From NCBI GenBank assembly GCA_965217865.1, contig CBDCJO010000002.1, forward strand, positions 1,600,001 through 1,664,000: a stretch of 64,000 nt of DNA, read 5' to 3'. The translations under genes and the position numbers were made by a program. This document shows, one piece after another, positions 29,801 to 40,454 of this stretch. The notes under the pieces are model-generated. The model was not told where the DNA came from. It did no database searches and was given only the letters and a program-made list of their open reading frames with translations. Numbering within the stretch: the first letter of the stretch is position 1; every line of letters starts with the position of its first letter. The DNA is from Candidatus Latescibacterota bacterium (GTDB taxonomy: Bacteria > Latescibacterota > UBA2968 > SICM01).

Positions 29801-30673
29801 TCAGATGGGGTGGTATTCGATCTCGATCGGTTCTTTCAATCGGGACTCGATCGCACGAAGGTCCCTCCGATCGTCGGGGAGGCCCTTTTCCGCCCGGCCA
29901 TCGGGATGTATCGTGACGGTCCTTGACACCTTCACGAAGCTTTTCCTCGCCTTTCCCCGGAGGATCTGGAGGCCGTCCTTGGATATGGCCAACCGGGTTT
30001 GGACGATGCGTCCCTCGCCGATCAGGCGGAAGAGGGCTCCCATGATGCCTGATATCGGCCGACCCGTGAGCCCCTGGATATCATCCAGGAGGATGATATC
30101 GCCGAAGTCCAACAGTCGGTAGGTAATGACCCGGTGGTCCGTGACCTGAAGGCGTGGAATCGAGAGGCTGTCGGTGTAGGAGTAGCGGTCCGGCCCGGAA
30201 GGAGATTCCGGCCAGTAGATGGTCACGTTCATTGCGGTTTGAGGAGGATATCCGGATTTGATGTGGTGAATCACCCGCTCGGATCTCTGTTCGACCAGGA
30301 CATCCTGTCCGTGCTGATACGCGAGCTTGGCAAATATCGGTGCGTTATCAGCCGTGATGCCCGCGACCTTCAGAAATACGACGAACCAGTCATGATGGCT
30401 GATAAACAGGGGTTGACGGGTGGAATCCGCTTCCTGAACGGTTCGGACGAGGTGGAGAAGGGTTTCAACCTGGAGCCTTGCGACATTGGTGGTTTTTGTG
30501 ATGTCGTAGTCCCCGTGCAGACTCATGGCTTGTTCGAGTTCTTCACGGTCCACACGTCTGGTTCGTGAGGGTCCATCCGCGGCCGCGGGTTCCAAAACGG
30601 GTATCGCAATCCCGAATGCTTGAAGCCACAAAAGCCATCGCAAGCTTGATATGGCCCCATTCATCCTACGCAT
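29801..30673 (-). CDS. Hypothetical exported protein
   Basis: Signal-peptide-like N-terminus; 290-aa ORF. Confidence 0.6.
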   Translation of the reverse strand: MRRMNGAISSLRWLLWLQAFGIAIPVLEPAAADGPSRTRRVDREELEQAMSLHGDYDITKTTNVARLQVETLLHLVRTVQEADSTRQPLFISHHDWFVVFLKVAGITADNAPIFAKLAYQHGQDVLVEQRSERVIHHIKSGYPPQTAMNVTIYWPESPSGPDRYSYTDSLSIPRLQVTDHRVITYRLLDFGDIILLDDIQGLTGRPISGIMGALFRLIGEGRIVQTRLAISKDGLQILRGKARKSFVKVSRTVTIHPDGRAEKGLPDDRRDLRAIESRLKEPIEIEYHPI

Positions 30674-31060
30674 CGGACAGCTCTACCTTGGTTATGCATT
30701 CTCTTAAATGGCCTCGGATCGGGGAGACTTGGACGGGATCGCTGGATTCGATGGCGGCCCCGAGATAAATCGCTTTCCTGACGTATGGTTGAGGGAAGTG
30801 GTGGAGAACTGGAGGGTTTTCACCCCCCTTAAACAGATATGATAGACTGCCCCGGTTCATCTGTCAACTCCTAATCCAAGCACCTAAAAGAGTCCTTGAC
30901 ACTCTGCGTGGGTTTTTTTAAGTTAGTCGCGAATTTACGCGTAGCGGTTTGCTCCTGGAGACGATGGTGTCGCCGGGGTTTGCGTTTATAGGCTTTTTGC
31001 CAAGTTTAAGGTTGAATTTTTCTAGGCCAGGGTCGATCGGCCGCCAGCAGGAGGTTACCC

Positions 31061-33160
31061 GTGAACCAATATCCAATCGAAGACATCCGCAACCTTGTCT
31101 TGGTGGGACATAACGGGACGGGGAAAACAACTGCGTCGGAAGCCATTCTTTTCGCTGCAGGGGTCACCAATCGGATGGGGCGGGTGGAGGATGGCACGAC
31201 CAAGTCGGACTATTCCCCCGACGAGATCGAGCGCAAGATCTCGATCAGTGCCACGATGCTTAACTGTCAATGGGGAAAAACCAAGTTGAACATACTCGAT
31301 ACTCCGGGATACGCGGACTTTACCGGGGAGGCAAATGGGGCGATGCGAGCCGCGGATGCGGCTCTGGTTCTCCTGAACGCCACGTCAGGGGTGGAGGTGG
31401 GAACGGAGAAGGTATGGGGTTATGCGGAGGAATACGGGATTCCTTGCATGCTGGTGATCAACCATTTGGATAAGGAATTTGCGGATTTCGACAAGGCGCT
31501 CTCTTCGGCTGTCAACCGGTTCGGCAACGGGGTGGTCCCGCTTCATCTCCCTATCAACCAGGGACTGGGCTTTAACGGGATCGTCGACCTGCTCCGCATG
31601 CGGGCTTACACCTACCAGATGGATGGAAGCGGTAAGGCGGCCGAGGGAGATGTGCCCTCCGAAGTGGCGGAGCGGGCGGGGCAGATGCGGGAGCGGGTGG
31701 TCGAAGCAGCCGCGGAGACCGATGATGCCTTAACTGAAAAATACCTGGAGGAAGGGGATCTGTCGGAAGAGGAGGTTCTTCAAGGCCTCCGGACCGGGGT
31801 TGCCAATCGATCGCTCTTCCTGCTGGCCGTAAGCGATGCTTCCAAGAACATCGGCACGGATCTTCTGTTGAACGCGATCGTGGACTTTCTCCCCTCGCCC
31901 AAGGATCGGGGGGATGTGAGCGGTCTGAAGCCAGACTCCGAAGAAGAAGTTCTCCTTTCGCCGGAGCCCGAGCCACCCGCAGCGGCGATGGTTTTTAAGA
32001 CCGTTGCGGAGTCTCACATCGGAGAACTCTCCTTCTTTCGAGTCTATTCCGGGACCCTCAAGCCGGGGGAAGAGATCCTCAACACGACCGCAGGTACATC
32101 CGAACGGATCGGTCAGGTCTACACCCTGAACGGGAAGGATCGAAGCGAGGTGGGGCTGGTCTCTGCTGGTGATATGGCGGCGCTCGTCAAGCTGAAAAAC
32201 ACCAAGACAGGGGATACCCTTTGCAGTAAGGCCAGGCAAGTGGTCCTGCCCGGGATTCAATTTCCAGAGCCCCTTATCCACACGGCGATCCTACCGAAGT
32301 CGAAGGGGGACGAGGAGAAGATCAGCATAGGCCTTTCGCGGATCCACGAGGAAGATCCGAGCTTTACGGCGATGTTCGACCCGGAGGTCAAACAGGAGGT
32401 CATATACGGACAAGGAGAGCTTCATCTTGAGGTGGTGATCGAAAAGCTGAAGAGCAAATTCGGGGTCGAGGTCGACACCATCGAACCGAAAATCCCATAT
32501 CGGGAGACTATCGTTGGAAAGTCGGAGTCGAGCCACAGACATAAAAAGCAGACCGGAGGAAGGGGTCAGTTCGGAGAGGTGTTCATCAGGCTGGAGCCGA
32601 ATCAAAGGGGAGAGGGGCTTGAGTTCATTAATCATATCGTAGGGGGGGCCATCCCGGGGAAATTTATCCCTTCTGCCGAGAAAGGTGTGAATGAGGCCAT
32701 GACAGAAGGGGTCCTGGCCGGCTATCCGGTCGTGGATGTGAAGGTGGAGCTTTACGACGGCTCATTCCACCCCGTCGACTCTTCTGACCTGGCCTTCAAA
32801 ATCGCCGGCTTGATGTCGTTCAAAAAAGGGTTTATGGGGGCAAAGCCGATCCTGTTGGAGCCGATCTACAGTGTCGAGGTCACCGTTCCTGAAGAATTTG
32901 CGGGGGATGTGATGGGGGACCTGTCCGGGAGGCGGGGCAAGATTCAGGGTATGGAACCCATCGGGCATTTTCAATCTGTCAAGGCCGATGTTCCTTTGGC
33001 CGAACTACATCGTTATTCTACAACCCTTCGCTCGATGACCCAGGGGCGCGGAGGATTTCGGCGGGAATTTGCCCGGTATGAACCGGTGCCCGGTGATATC
33101 ACACAGAAGATCGTGACGGAGGCAGAGGAGTCGGGGCAGGTTCACCACGCAAAGGAGTGA
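31061..33160 (+). CDS. fusA: Elongation factor G paralogue (EF-G2-like)
   Basis: GHNGTGKTT, ERKISI (instead of ERGITI), DTPG, GQGELHLEV, KKQTGGRGQFG. Confidence 0.85.
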   Translation: MNQYPIEDIRNLVLVGHNGTGKTTASEAILFAAGVTNRMGRVEDGTTKSDYSPDEIERKISISATMLNCQWGKTKLNILDTPGYADFTGEANGAMRAADAALVLLNATSGVEVGTEKVWGYAEEYGIPCMLVINHLDKEFADFDKALSSAVNRFGNGVVPLHLPINQGLGFNGIVDLLRMRAYTYQMDGSGKAAEGDVPSEVAERAGQMRERVVEAAAETDDALTEKYLEEGDLSEEEVLQGLRTGVANRSLFLLAVSDASKNIGTDLLLNAIVDFLPSPKDRGDVSGLKPDSEEEVLLSPEPEPPAAAMVFKTVAESHIGELSFFRVYSGTLKPGEEILNTTAGTSERIGQVYTLNGKDRSEVGLVSAGDMAALVKLKNTKTGDTLCSKARQVVLPGIQFPEPLIHTAILPKSKGDEEKISIGLSRIHEEDPSFTAMFDPEVKQEVIYGQGELHLEVVIEKLKSKFGVEVDTIEPKIPYRETIVGKSESSHRHKKQTGGRGQFGEVFIRLEPNQRGEGLEFINHIVGGAIPGKFIPSAEKGVNEAMTEGVLAGYPVVDVKVELYDGSFHPVDSSDLAFKIAGLMSFKKGFMGAKPILLEPIYSVEVTVPEEFAGDVMGDLSGRRGKIQGMEPIGHFQSVKADVPLAELHRYSTTLRSMTQGRGGFRREFARYEPVPGDITQKIVTEAEESGQVHHAKE

Positions 33161-33349
33161 CAGGGCAAGAAGAAAACAGCTTCAAACATCTACGGATACG
33201 GGGAGAATCGGCTTGGCGGCGCTTGGATCAGAAGGCACCGCTTTATTTTTTCCAAGAACAGTCGTTTGGTCTGATCGTTCTCGTCCGAGTAAGATTTACT
33301 CTGAATCCTCCTGGAATCTGAACATTATGACCCGATCGATAAGGTTCGG

Positions 33350-34009
33350 TCACACCCCCCCTTTGACTTTTTCCAGCATGGCCGGTGGAAGGGGGAAGAC
33401 CCACCCCCGGTTCCGGATGATAGCCTTTGAAAGGTCGGTGGAGATGGCGACTATGATCTCGGGCTCCTGTGAGAAGTGTCCGTCAAATCCCCCCATCGCA
33501 CTTCGGGCATGAACGCCGGAATACCCGCCGGGGTCCAACCCCCCCTCAGCAAACTCGGAACAGCCTCCCCCGAAGACGGAGTGCCATCGGAATGAGTAGC
33601 CGTTTATGACAGCGGGGGCGCTCCCAAACGCACCGCCTCCCTGGGAGACGACCATGCCGAGGGCTTTTACAACGTAGAGGACATCGTTCAAGTCGCCACC
33701 TTCCCCGCCGCAAGTAAGCGCCCAGTGAAGGGTCCGGATGTGGTGATCCGCGGCATCCCTCCCCCCCCTTTGCCCGTGTTGGATCACCGCCTCGTCCTCG
33801 ATCATCGGGAGTTTTCCCCCTGCCATTCCGGACATATAAATCAAACCCGCTTCGGAAAAGATCACACTCGCTATCCCGGCGCCTTTAAGGGACTTCACGT
33901 TTTCGTCCCGAGATCCGAGTTCGATTTTGAGCTTCTCAATCCGCTCGTAGACATCAAAGTTTCGCCGAAGGTCTTCGGGGATGATGGATTCATCGTAATA
34001 GCGTCCCAC
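33350..34009 (-). CDS. Divergent RidA/YjgF-like protein
   Basis: LIYMSG, VVKALGMV, VINGYS, GVHARSAMG; GTG start with GGAGGA. Confidence 0.55.
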   Translation of the reverse strand: MGRYYDESIIPEDLRRNFDVYERIEKLKIELGSRDENVKSLKGAGIASVIFSEAGLIYMSGMAGGKLPMIEDEAVIQHGQRGGRDAADHHIRTLHWALTCGGEGGDLNDVLYVVKALGMVVSQGGGAFGSAPAVINGYSFRWHSVFGGGCSEFAEGGLDPGGYSGVHARSAMGGFDGHFSQEPEIIVAISTDLSKAIIRNRGWVFPLPPAMLEKVKGGV

Positions 34010-34147
34010 TAATGTTCCTCCTGAAAAGGGTTCGATCCCGCCTGAATATCCCGAGATATAAGAGTTGTGTCGAATTTTATCAAACACACCAGCGCCTAGA
34101 GATCTCCCTCCCCCCATCGAAGGAAGAAGATTCGGCGTCAGGTTATT

Positions 34148-35161
34148 TCACGAGTCCTCTACGCCGCAGGCTCGGAGCAGGGTTTCCTGCATGGTAAAGT
34201 CGTGTTCCTTGGAATAAGGGAACTCCTTTTCACCCCGGATACACTGGGCGAGTTCTTCCAGATCGAGAACGTATCGAGGGATGTTGGGTATTGCCACGTT
34301 CTGCCAACCGACCTTGTAGCCCCCGTGGGGTTCGTTCAGGAAGAGGCGAACGTCAGGTGGTTCGAGGGGTTGGAGGATGATGCTTCCCCGACTTCCGCAA
34401 ACCTCGAAATGGCGCCTTTCAGAAGCTCCCATTTCTATTGCCCCACATTCGATGACTGCGATGCTCCGGTCGAATTCCATGACCGCCAGAGTGTTGTCAA
34501 CGAGGGCATCTTTGAATGAACCATCCTTCCTCAAAAACGGTGTCACCGTGTGAGGGCGTCCCATGATCAGGACGAGGATGTCCACGAGGTGGCCGGAAAG
34601 CTCGAACATAAACCCGCCGGGGTGGAACGCGAGGGGTTTGCGATTGGCCGGGGATATGTTCGAGTTGATGCTCCCGTGGAGGTAGTGAACCTCCCCCAAC
34701 CAGCTTTCGCTGACGGCCTTGCGGACAAGGTCGAAGCCTGGGTTGTAGCGAAACATGTAGCCCATCTGAAGGATAAGGCTCTGCCCCTCCGCTCGATCGA
34801 GTATGGCTTTGAACTGGGAAAGCGATGCCCCGGCGGGTTTGTCAAGGTGGATATGCTTTCCCGCGTCGACGACTTTGTCCGCCTGGTCCAGGAGGTGCGG
34901 AACGGCGCCTTCCACCGCGACCATCTTTAGTTCAGGGTCGTCCAGCAGTTCCGATTCGGTCAGCCAGCGCACATTCGCGAAGGCCTCCTCCCGTTCGCGT
35001 CTCGTTCGTAGGTTTGGGTCGGGCTCACAGACGCCTGCCAGGTCCCAGTCGGGAGAATCCTGCAGGACCTTCAGTTTTCCCACGGCGTGTCCGTGTCCCG
35101 TTCCCAGAATACCACAGCGAATTATCTCTTTCATCTTGGGCTTTTCCTCCCTCTGAGTCAA
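34148..35161 (-). CDS. Gfo/Idh/MocA oxidoreductase
   Basis: GTGHGHA, HLDKP, GYMFRYNP. Confidence 0.88.
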   Translation of the reverse strand: MTQREEKPKMKEIIRCGILGTGHGHAVGKLKVLQDSPDWDLAGVCEPDPNLRTRREREEAFANVRWLTESELLDDPELKMVAVEGAVPHLLDQADKVVDAGKHIHLDKPAGASLSQFKAILDRAEGQSLILQMGYMFRYNPGFDLVRKAVSESWLGEVHYLHGSINSNISPANRKPLAFHPGGFMFELSGHLVDILVLIMGRPHTVTPFLRKDGSFKDALVDNTLAVMEFDRSIAVIECGAIEMGASERRHFEVCGSRGSIILQPLEPPDVRLFLNEPHGGYKVGWQNVAIPNIPRYVLDLEELAQCIRGEKEFPYSKEHDFTMQETLLRACGVEDS

Positions 35162-35165
35162 TGGA

Positions 35166-36698
35166 TCACTCAGTTTTATACTTCTCCTTGAATCGTTCCC
35201 GCAAGACCCCTTTCTGAACTTTCCCCGTTGCCGTGGTCACGGGCAGCTCGTCGATGAATTCAACGAATCGGGGTTTTTTGTATCCGGCCAGGCGCGATCC
35301 GATGAATTCAATGACATGCTGCGAGGATAGACAGGCCCCTTCTTCCGGGACAACCACGGCGAGTACGGATTCCCCCCATTCCGGGTCCGGGACACCTACG
35401 ATAGCGGCGTCCTTCACCCCGGAGATCTGCTTGAGGGTTCGTTCGATTTCAACCGGATAGACGTTCTCGCCCCCGGTGATGACCATGTCCTTGGTTCGCC
35501 CGGCGATGAAGATGTAGCCGTCTGAGTCGCTTCTTGCAAGATCCCCGCTGAATAACCACCCACGTCCCATCGCTTCCACCGTCTTTTCCGGCATGTTCCA
35601 GTAGCCTTTCATTATCATCGGGCCTCGTGCGACAACCTGACCCACCTTTCCGACCGGGACGTCGGCCATGGATTCATCCACTAACCGGATTTCGACAGCC
35701 GGCATAGGCCTTCCAACGGACCCGATCTTGGTCCGGTTTTCCCGCGTCAGTTTGCAGACGGTCAGGATACAACCGGCCTCTGTAAGCCCATATGTGACGT
35801 AGACATCTGCGTCGAACCGAGACAGGATATTATCCAGAAGGTCCGGAGGAAACGTATCGGAAGAGCCCAGACATCGTTTGACCGAGGAGACATTGTAGTC
35901 GGTTTTCTCCAGCGTCCGCAGGATACGGCGCCAGATCGTCGGTACGCAAAAGATGTTGGTAACGCTGTGGCGCTGTGTTGCCTCCAGGATGGCTTGGGGA
36001 TCGCCCCGGTCCAGGATCACCAGAGTTCCACCGACGAGAAAGTGGGGCAGCACCAGACAGTCAGGCCCTCCCGTATGGAAGAGCGGATAGACGACAACGC
36101 CGACATCAGCGGCCTCGGCTCCGGTCGACATCCCCACGCTCATTGCGTGGAGATAGTGATTTTTATGTGTCAGTGTGGCGCCTTTGGGTTGTCCCGTAGT
36201 GCCGCTCGTGTAGAGGATGATGTGGGGGTCATCTTCGTTCAATTCCAATTTGGGTTCGGATGGATCGGTTCCCCCCACCTGCTTAACGAATTCCGAAATA
36301 TCGGTCGTATCATCGTATGTGATGACACGGGCTTTGGGGTCCACCGCGGGATTCGCAATATCGACGAACCGGGTTTCGACGATCAGGACGGATGCGCCTG
36401 ATTGAGATAAGGTGTATTTAATTTCTTCGGTCCGGTACCAGAAATTGATCGGCACGATAATGGCACCGGCCTTGGCCAAGGCGAAATAGATTACGATATA
36501 GATATCGGAATTCCTGCCCAACAGAGCAACGCGATCTCCTTTTTGAACGCCCATGCAGACCAGAGCATTGGCGATCCGGTTTGCGAATTCGTTCAGTTGG
36601 GCATAGGTCACCTTTCGGTCGCTGAAGATGGTAGCCGTTTTCCCACCGAAGGCCTGCGATCGGGCGTTTCTTCGTAAGATATTTCCCAGGAGCAACAT
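35166..36698 (-). CDS. AMP-binding acyl-CoA synthetase
   Basis: YTSGTTGQPKG, YGLTE, SGDLA, GGENVYP. Confidence 0.92.
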   Translation of the reverse strand: MLLLGNILRRNARSQAFGGKTATIFSDRKVTYAQLNEFANRIANALVCMGVQKGDRVALLGRNSDIYIVIYFALAKAGAIIVPINFWYRTEEIKYTLSQSGASVLIVETRFVDIANPAVDPKARVITYDDTTDISEFVKQVGGTDPSEPKLELNEDDPHIILYTSGTTGQPKGATLTHKNHYLHAMSVGMSTGAEAADVGVVVYPLFHTGGPDCLVLPHFLVGGTLVILDRGDPQAILEATQRHSVTNIFCVPTIWRRILRTLEKTDYNVSSVKRCLGSSDTFPPDLLDNILSRFDADVYVTYGLTEAGCILTVCKLTRENRTKIGSVGRPMPAVEIRLVDESMADVPVGKVGQVVARGPMIMKGYWNMPEKTVEAMGRGWLFSGDLARSDSDGYIFIAGRTKDMVITGGENVYPVEIERTLKQISGVKDAAIVGVPDPEWGESVLAVVVPEEGACLSSQHVIEFIGSRLAGYKKPRFVEFIDELPVTTATGKVQKGVLRERFKEKYKTE

Positions 36699-36836
36699 GT
36701 CACGTAGGGCGTTTCTTCTCAGTGATGGCCGCCGGTCACAAACCGAGCGAACTTCGCCAATGAGAACTAAGGGTGTGCAATCCGAACGGTTTATTGTCGG
36801 GTGGAAGTATAGAAAACGGATGGGGGGAAGGAGCGC

Positions 36837-37598
36837 TTAGGTCGGCGGTCTGTTTTTCTTTTTCACGAAGTTCCTGATCCCCTCCCGGGCTTCTTTCGTG
36901 TCAAAACAGTTTCGAAAAGCCCGGGTTTCGGTGTCATCCGCCTCCTTGATCCCCATCCCTTCCTCCGCTTTCAGGACTGCTTTTATGGATCTGATGGCTG
37001 TTGGAGAATGGGAGGCAATTTCATCCCCTATGCGTTCGGCCGATTCCATAAGCTCGGGTTCAGGGACGATTTCGTCGACCAGTCCGATCCGGTGCGCTTC
37101 AGGGGCTTGTATGAAGTGACCTCGGAGGAGGAGTTCGAGCGCCTTGCCCCTGCCGACCAATCCCGTGAGCAGGGACATGCCGAATGGCATGTTCCATCCC
37201 AGTCCGATCTCCGGACAGCCGAATATTGCGGATTCCGATGCGATGCGGATGTCCAGGTAAACCGCGAGCGCGACTCCACCGCCCAGGGCGTATCCGTGAA
37301 TCGCAGCGATGGTTGGGATGGGCAGATCCGCCAGACGTTGACAGATGCCGGCCTCCCGCCTGATAATCCGCTCTGCATCGTTTGGGGAAACGTCCAGGAG
37401 ATCCACGATGTCGCTCCCGGCGCAGAATGCACGACCCGCGCCGGCTACGATCAAGGCGTGTAGTCCGACCCCGGCCTCAACCTCGTCGATAGCCTTCTCG
37501 AGGTCTGTCTGCAGCTGATGGTCCATCGCGTTCAAGGCCTCGGGTCGGTTCAGGGTCAGGATTCCGATGTGATTGCGAAATGTTAAATCGACAGGCAT
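36837..37598 (-). CDS. Enoyl-CoA hydratase/isomerase
   Basis: LNRPEALNA, AFCAGSDI, GYALGGG. Confidence 0.9.
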   Translation of the reverse strand: MPVDLTFRNHIGILTLNRPEALNAMDHQLQTDLEKAIDEVEAGVGLHALIVAGAGRAFCAGSDIVDLLDVSPNDAERIIRREAGICQRLADLPIPTIAAIHGYALGGGVALAVYLDIRIASESAIFGCPEIGLGWNMPFGMSLLTGLVGRGKALELLLRGHFIQAPEAHRIGLVDEIVPEPELMESAERIGDEIASHSPTAIRSIKAVLKAEEGMGIKEADDTETRAFRNCFDTKEAREGIRNFVKKKNRPPT

Positions 37599-37668
37599 AA
37601 GTCAGCAAGAGTCAGGCGTGGGGGGTGGGGTGAACTCATCCCTGATGCCTGATATCCGATCCTTTTGG

Positions 37669-39183
37669 TTACAGGTCGTGGATGGAATCAAGGCCTTGTG
37701 GCTCGGGGAGGACATATCGAATGGGTTGGATGCCCCCGTCCTTTTTTACGATTCGCTTCGCACGCTTTCGAATCAGGACCGAGTGTTCAACCAAAATATC
37801 ATCCTCTAGGACAGATCCGAAGATGTAGCTGGTCCCTTTGATGGTGACGCCGTTCCCGATTCGAGTCGGATGTTCATCGTTCCCCGTAATGCTCACCCGG
37901 GTTTCCACGCGGGTACCGGATCCGATCTCCAGATTCCCCTTGAGGATATTCCCCTCGAGGATCTGTGCCCCGTCACCGATTTTTATCGTCTGATGCGCAA
38001 AGGTGCTCAACGAGACATTTTCCCGAATCTGGACACCTGCCCCCAGGACGATGTTGCCGTCCAAGGTGCTCCGATGGCCGACGTGGACACCGCGATTGAT
38101 TCGGACACCGGTTCCGATCCACGCCCCCTGTCCGATGAAGATATCGAGCGGGCCACCGTTCCGGTCCATCTCCTCAATCTGATTCACCCCCTCATCGGCG
38201 ATGTAGAAGTCCTCCTCGTCCTGGATTGTGATCAAATCCTTGAGCCTTTCGTAGATTCTCCGGCGGGCGATGGACTGCATCTGTTTGAGGACGCTCTTGA
38301 CGTTGAACGCCAGGACCATGTTGTTGTCCGTGGCTCTGGCATCCTGGACGACGAGGCCGCGTTGATTAAAAAGTCGAATCAGATCGGTGAAATAGATCTC
38401 CCCCTGTACATTTTCTGCAGTCAGTTCATCGATGTGCTTTTTCAATAGGGGACCCTTGAAGGCATAAACCCCTGTGTTGAACTCACGGGTTTCGATCAAC
38501 TCCTGACGGGTGAAGCGGTGGATTTTTCCTCGATGCCCCACCTCGTAGGGAACCCCGTCAGGCAAATTCAGGATGTCCGCGTGTTCTTTGATCTCGATCA
38601 CCTGGCCAGAGTCCTCCGAAGTCTCCCCCGACTCGTCTTTCTCCGGGACCCTGATGATCCGACCATAATAGTTGTTGGCATGATCACCGTCGAAATAGCC
38701 TGTGAGGACCATCATATCGATCCCCTGGGCTTCAAACTGTTCCCGGAATCGACTTACGGCTTCCCCCGTCAGGAGCCCCATGTCCCCGGGGAAGATATAA
38801 ATATTCCCGTTGACAACCCCTTGAGGAAAGACTGTGAGGCCAACCCGAACCGCATCTCCCGTTCCGATCTGCTTGGCCTGGTAGGCGAAGGATCGGCGTA
38901 GCGTGCGACCTGCCGCTCGGGAGACATCAAGGGCCTGTATGCCCACGACGACGATCTGGTTCGATGAGGTTCCCAGTCCCGAAAGGGCGGCGTCCGCAAC
39001 ACGCAGCACCGTCGGCCGACCCCAGATCTGGTGTAACATCTTCGAGGTCTCGGACCGGATCCGCTTTCCGTGGCCTGCGGCAAGGATGATCGCCGTGCCA
39101 GGCGCGCCAGGATGAAGCGGAGCGCTCAGGGCTTCGAGGTGGTTAAGGATCTCGTCCTGAACGATCCCTTTCCGAATGGCCAA
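37669..39183 (-). CDS. GlmU-like nucleotidyltransferase with a left-handed beta-helix tail
   Basis: LAAGHGKRIRS, QIGTGDAV, EFNTGVY, GEIYFTD; TTG start at 39183 after AAGGAG. Confidence 0.75.
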   Translation of the reverse strand: MAIRKGIVQDEILNHLEALSAPLHPGAPGTAIILAAGHGKRIRSETSKMLHQIWGRPTVLRVADAALSGLGTSSNQIVVVGIQALDVSRAAGRTLRRSFAYQAKQIGTGDAVRVGLTVFPQGVVNGNIYIFPGDMGLLTGEAVSRFREQFEAQGIDMMVLTGYFDGDHANNYYGRIIRVPEKDESGETSEDSGQVIEIKEHADILNLPDGVPYEVGHRGKIHRFTRQELIETREFNTGVYAFKGPLLKKHIDELTAENVQGEIYFTDLIRLFNQRGLVVQDARATDNNMVLAFNVKSVLKQMQSIARRRIYERLKDLITIQDEEDFYIADEGVNQIEEMDRNGGPLDIFIGQGAWIGTGVRINRGVHVGHRSTLDGNIVLGAGVQIRENVSLSTFAHQTIKIGDGAQILEGNILKGNLEIGSGTRVETRVSITGNDEHPTRIGNGVTIKGTSYIFGSVLEDDILVEHSVLIRKRAKRIVKKDGGIQPIRYVLPEPQGLDSIHDL

Positions 39184-39185
39184 AT

Positions 39186-40313
39186 CTATCCGTCTCCTTG
39201 AACACAAAATCGGTAGATGAGCTTTGAGTAGATCTCGACCCCTTTTTTTAGCTGATCGATGTTCACCCACTCGTCGTGGGTGTGCGCCTGCTTGATGTCC
39301 CCGGGTCCGAGGACGACCGATTCGAGGTGTTTCCCGAACACCAGACCGTCGGTTCCGTAGGAGACGGTACGGGCTCTGGTTCGGCGGGTGACCGAGAGGG
39401 CCACTTTGACAATCCTGGAATTCAGCGGGGTGAAGAATGGATCGCCCCACTTCATACGCGTCAGTCGTACGCCGTGCTTTTTTGCAGAAGCCCTTACCCG
39501 ACCGATGATGGCATCGACATCCTGGCCTGGCATAGGCCGATAGTTGAGCGTTACTCGGCTGAGCGGGACGGTGACGTTTGATGCGGTGTTTCCATCGTTA
39601 ATGGTGAGGTTCCAATCCGAATATGGCGGATCGAACACCTTGTTCATGTATTTTGCCTTTGTCGTGATCTCGTAGTACATCTTTCTCATTTCGTGGAGGA
39701 ACGGGATCATCTTCAGATGTGCGTTTAATCCCTTTCCGGTGCTGCTGTGTGCAGCCTTTCCCTTTGCCGTTGCGACGATGCGCATGGCCCCCTTGTGGGC
39801 GTGGACGACGTTCAGCATGGTGGGTTCCGTGATGATCCCGAAACGGATCTTCGTCTCCCGAAACATCTCTGATGAAGTGGCAACCGCCCGGGCTCCGATG
39901 GCGCCGGTCTCCTCGTCCGAGGTGACCACAACCGTGATCGGTCCTTTAAGATCCGAGGCCCGGAATCGTTCGACCGCACAGAGGGTGGATGCGATCGGGC
40001 CCTTCATGTCAACGCTTCCCCGACCGTAGATGCGGCCGTTTTTCACCGTCGCCCTGAAGGGCCCCCCCGGCCCGGCCCAATCGTCTGCCGGCACGGTATC
40101 GGAATGGCAGAGCAAGGCAAGCCCTCCTTTTCCTCTCCCTTTTTTCGCGATCAGGCTGACCTTCATTACCCCGTTTTCGTCATAGGTGACCCGTTCGGTC
40201 CTGAACCCGGTCCGACGAAGCTGTTTCTGGATATAGTCCGATACCTCCGCGTTGCTCAGGGCGCTAACGGAGTTGAAGCTCACCATGTCCCGGGTCAATT
40301 TCAAGACGTCCAT
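39186..40313 (-). CDS. M20 metallopeptidase (ArgE/DapE-like)
   Basis: HSDTVP, GRGSVDMKG, SDEETG, GPGDIKQAHTHDE. Confidence 0.88.
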   Translation of the reverse strand: MDVLKLTRDMVSFNSVSALSNAEVSDYIQKQLRRTGFRTERVTYDENGVMKVSLIAKKGRGKGGLALLCHSDTVPADDWAGPGGPFRATVKNGRIYGRGSVDMKGPIASTLCAVERFRASDLKGPITVVVTSDEETGAIGARAVATSSEMFRETKIRFGIITEPTMLNVVHAHKGAMRIVATAKGKAAHSSTGKGLNAHLKMIPFLHEMRKMYYEITTKAKYMNKVFDPPYSDWNLTINDGNTASNVTVPLSRVTLNYRPMPGQDVDAIIGRVRASAKKHGVRLTRMKWGDPFFTPLNSRIVKVALSVTRRTRARTVSYGTDGLVFGKHLESVVLGPGDIKQAHTHDEWVNIDQLKKGVEIYSKLIYRFCVQGDG

Positions 40314-40454
40314 TCCGGGTCTCCTTTTTAATCGTTTCAGTGAAGTGTATTCTTGAATCGGCGTGATGTCTTCAAAAACGGGAGGCCTGGCAAACCTCAC
40401 CGGAAACTGCGTTAATAAAGATTGAAGGTGTGTGAAACCGGAAGGGCTTCCGGA

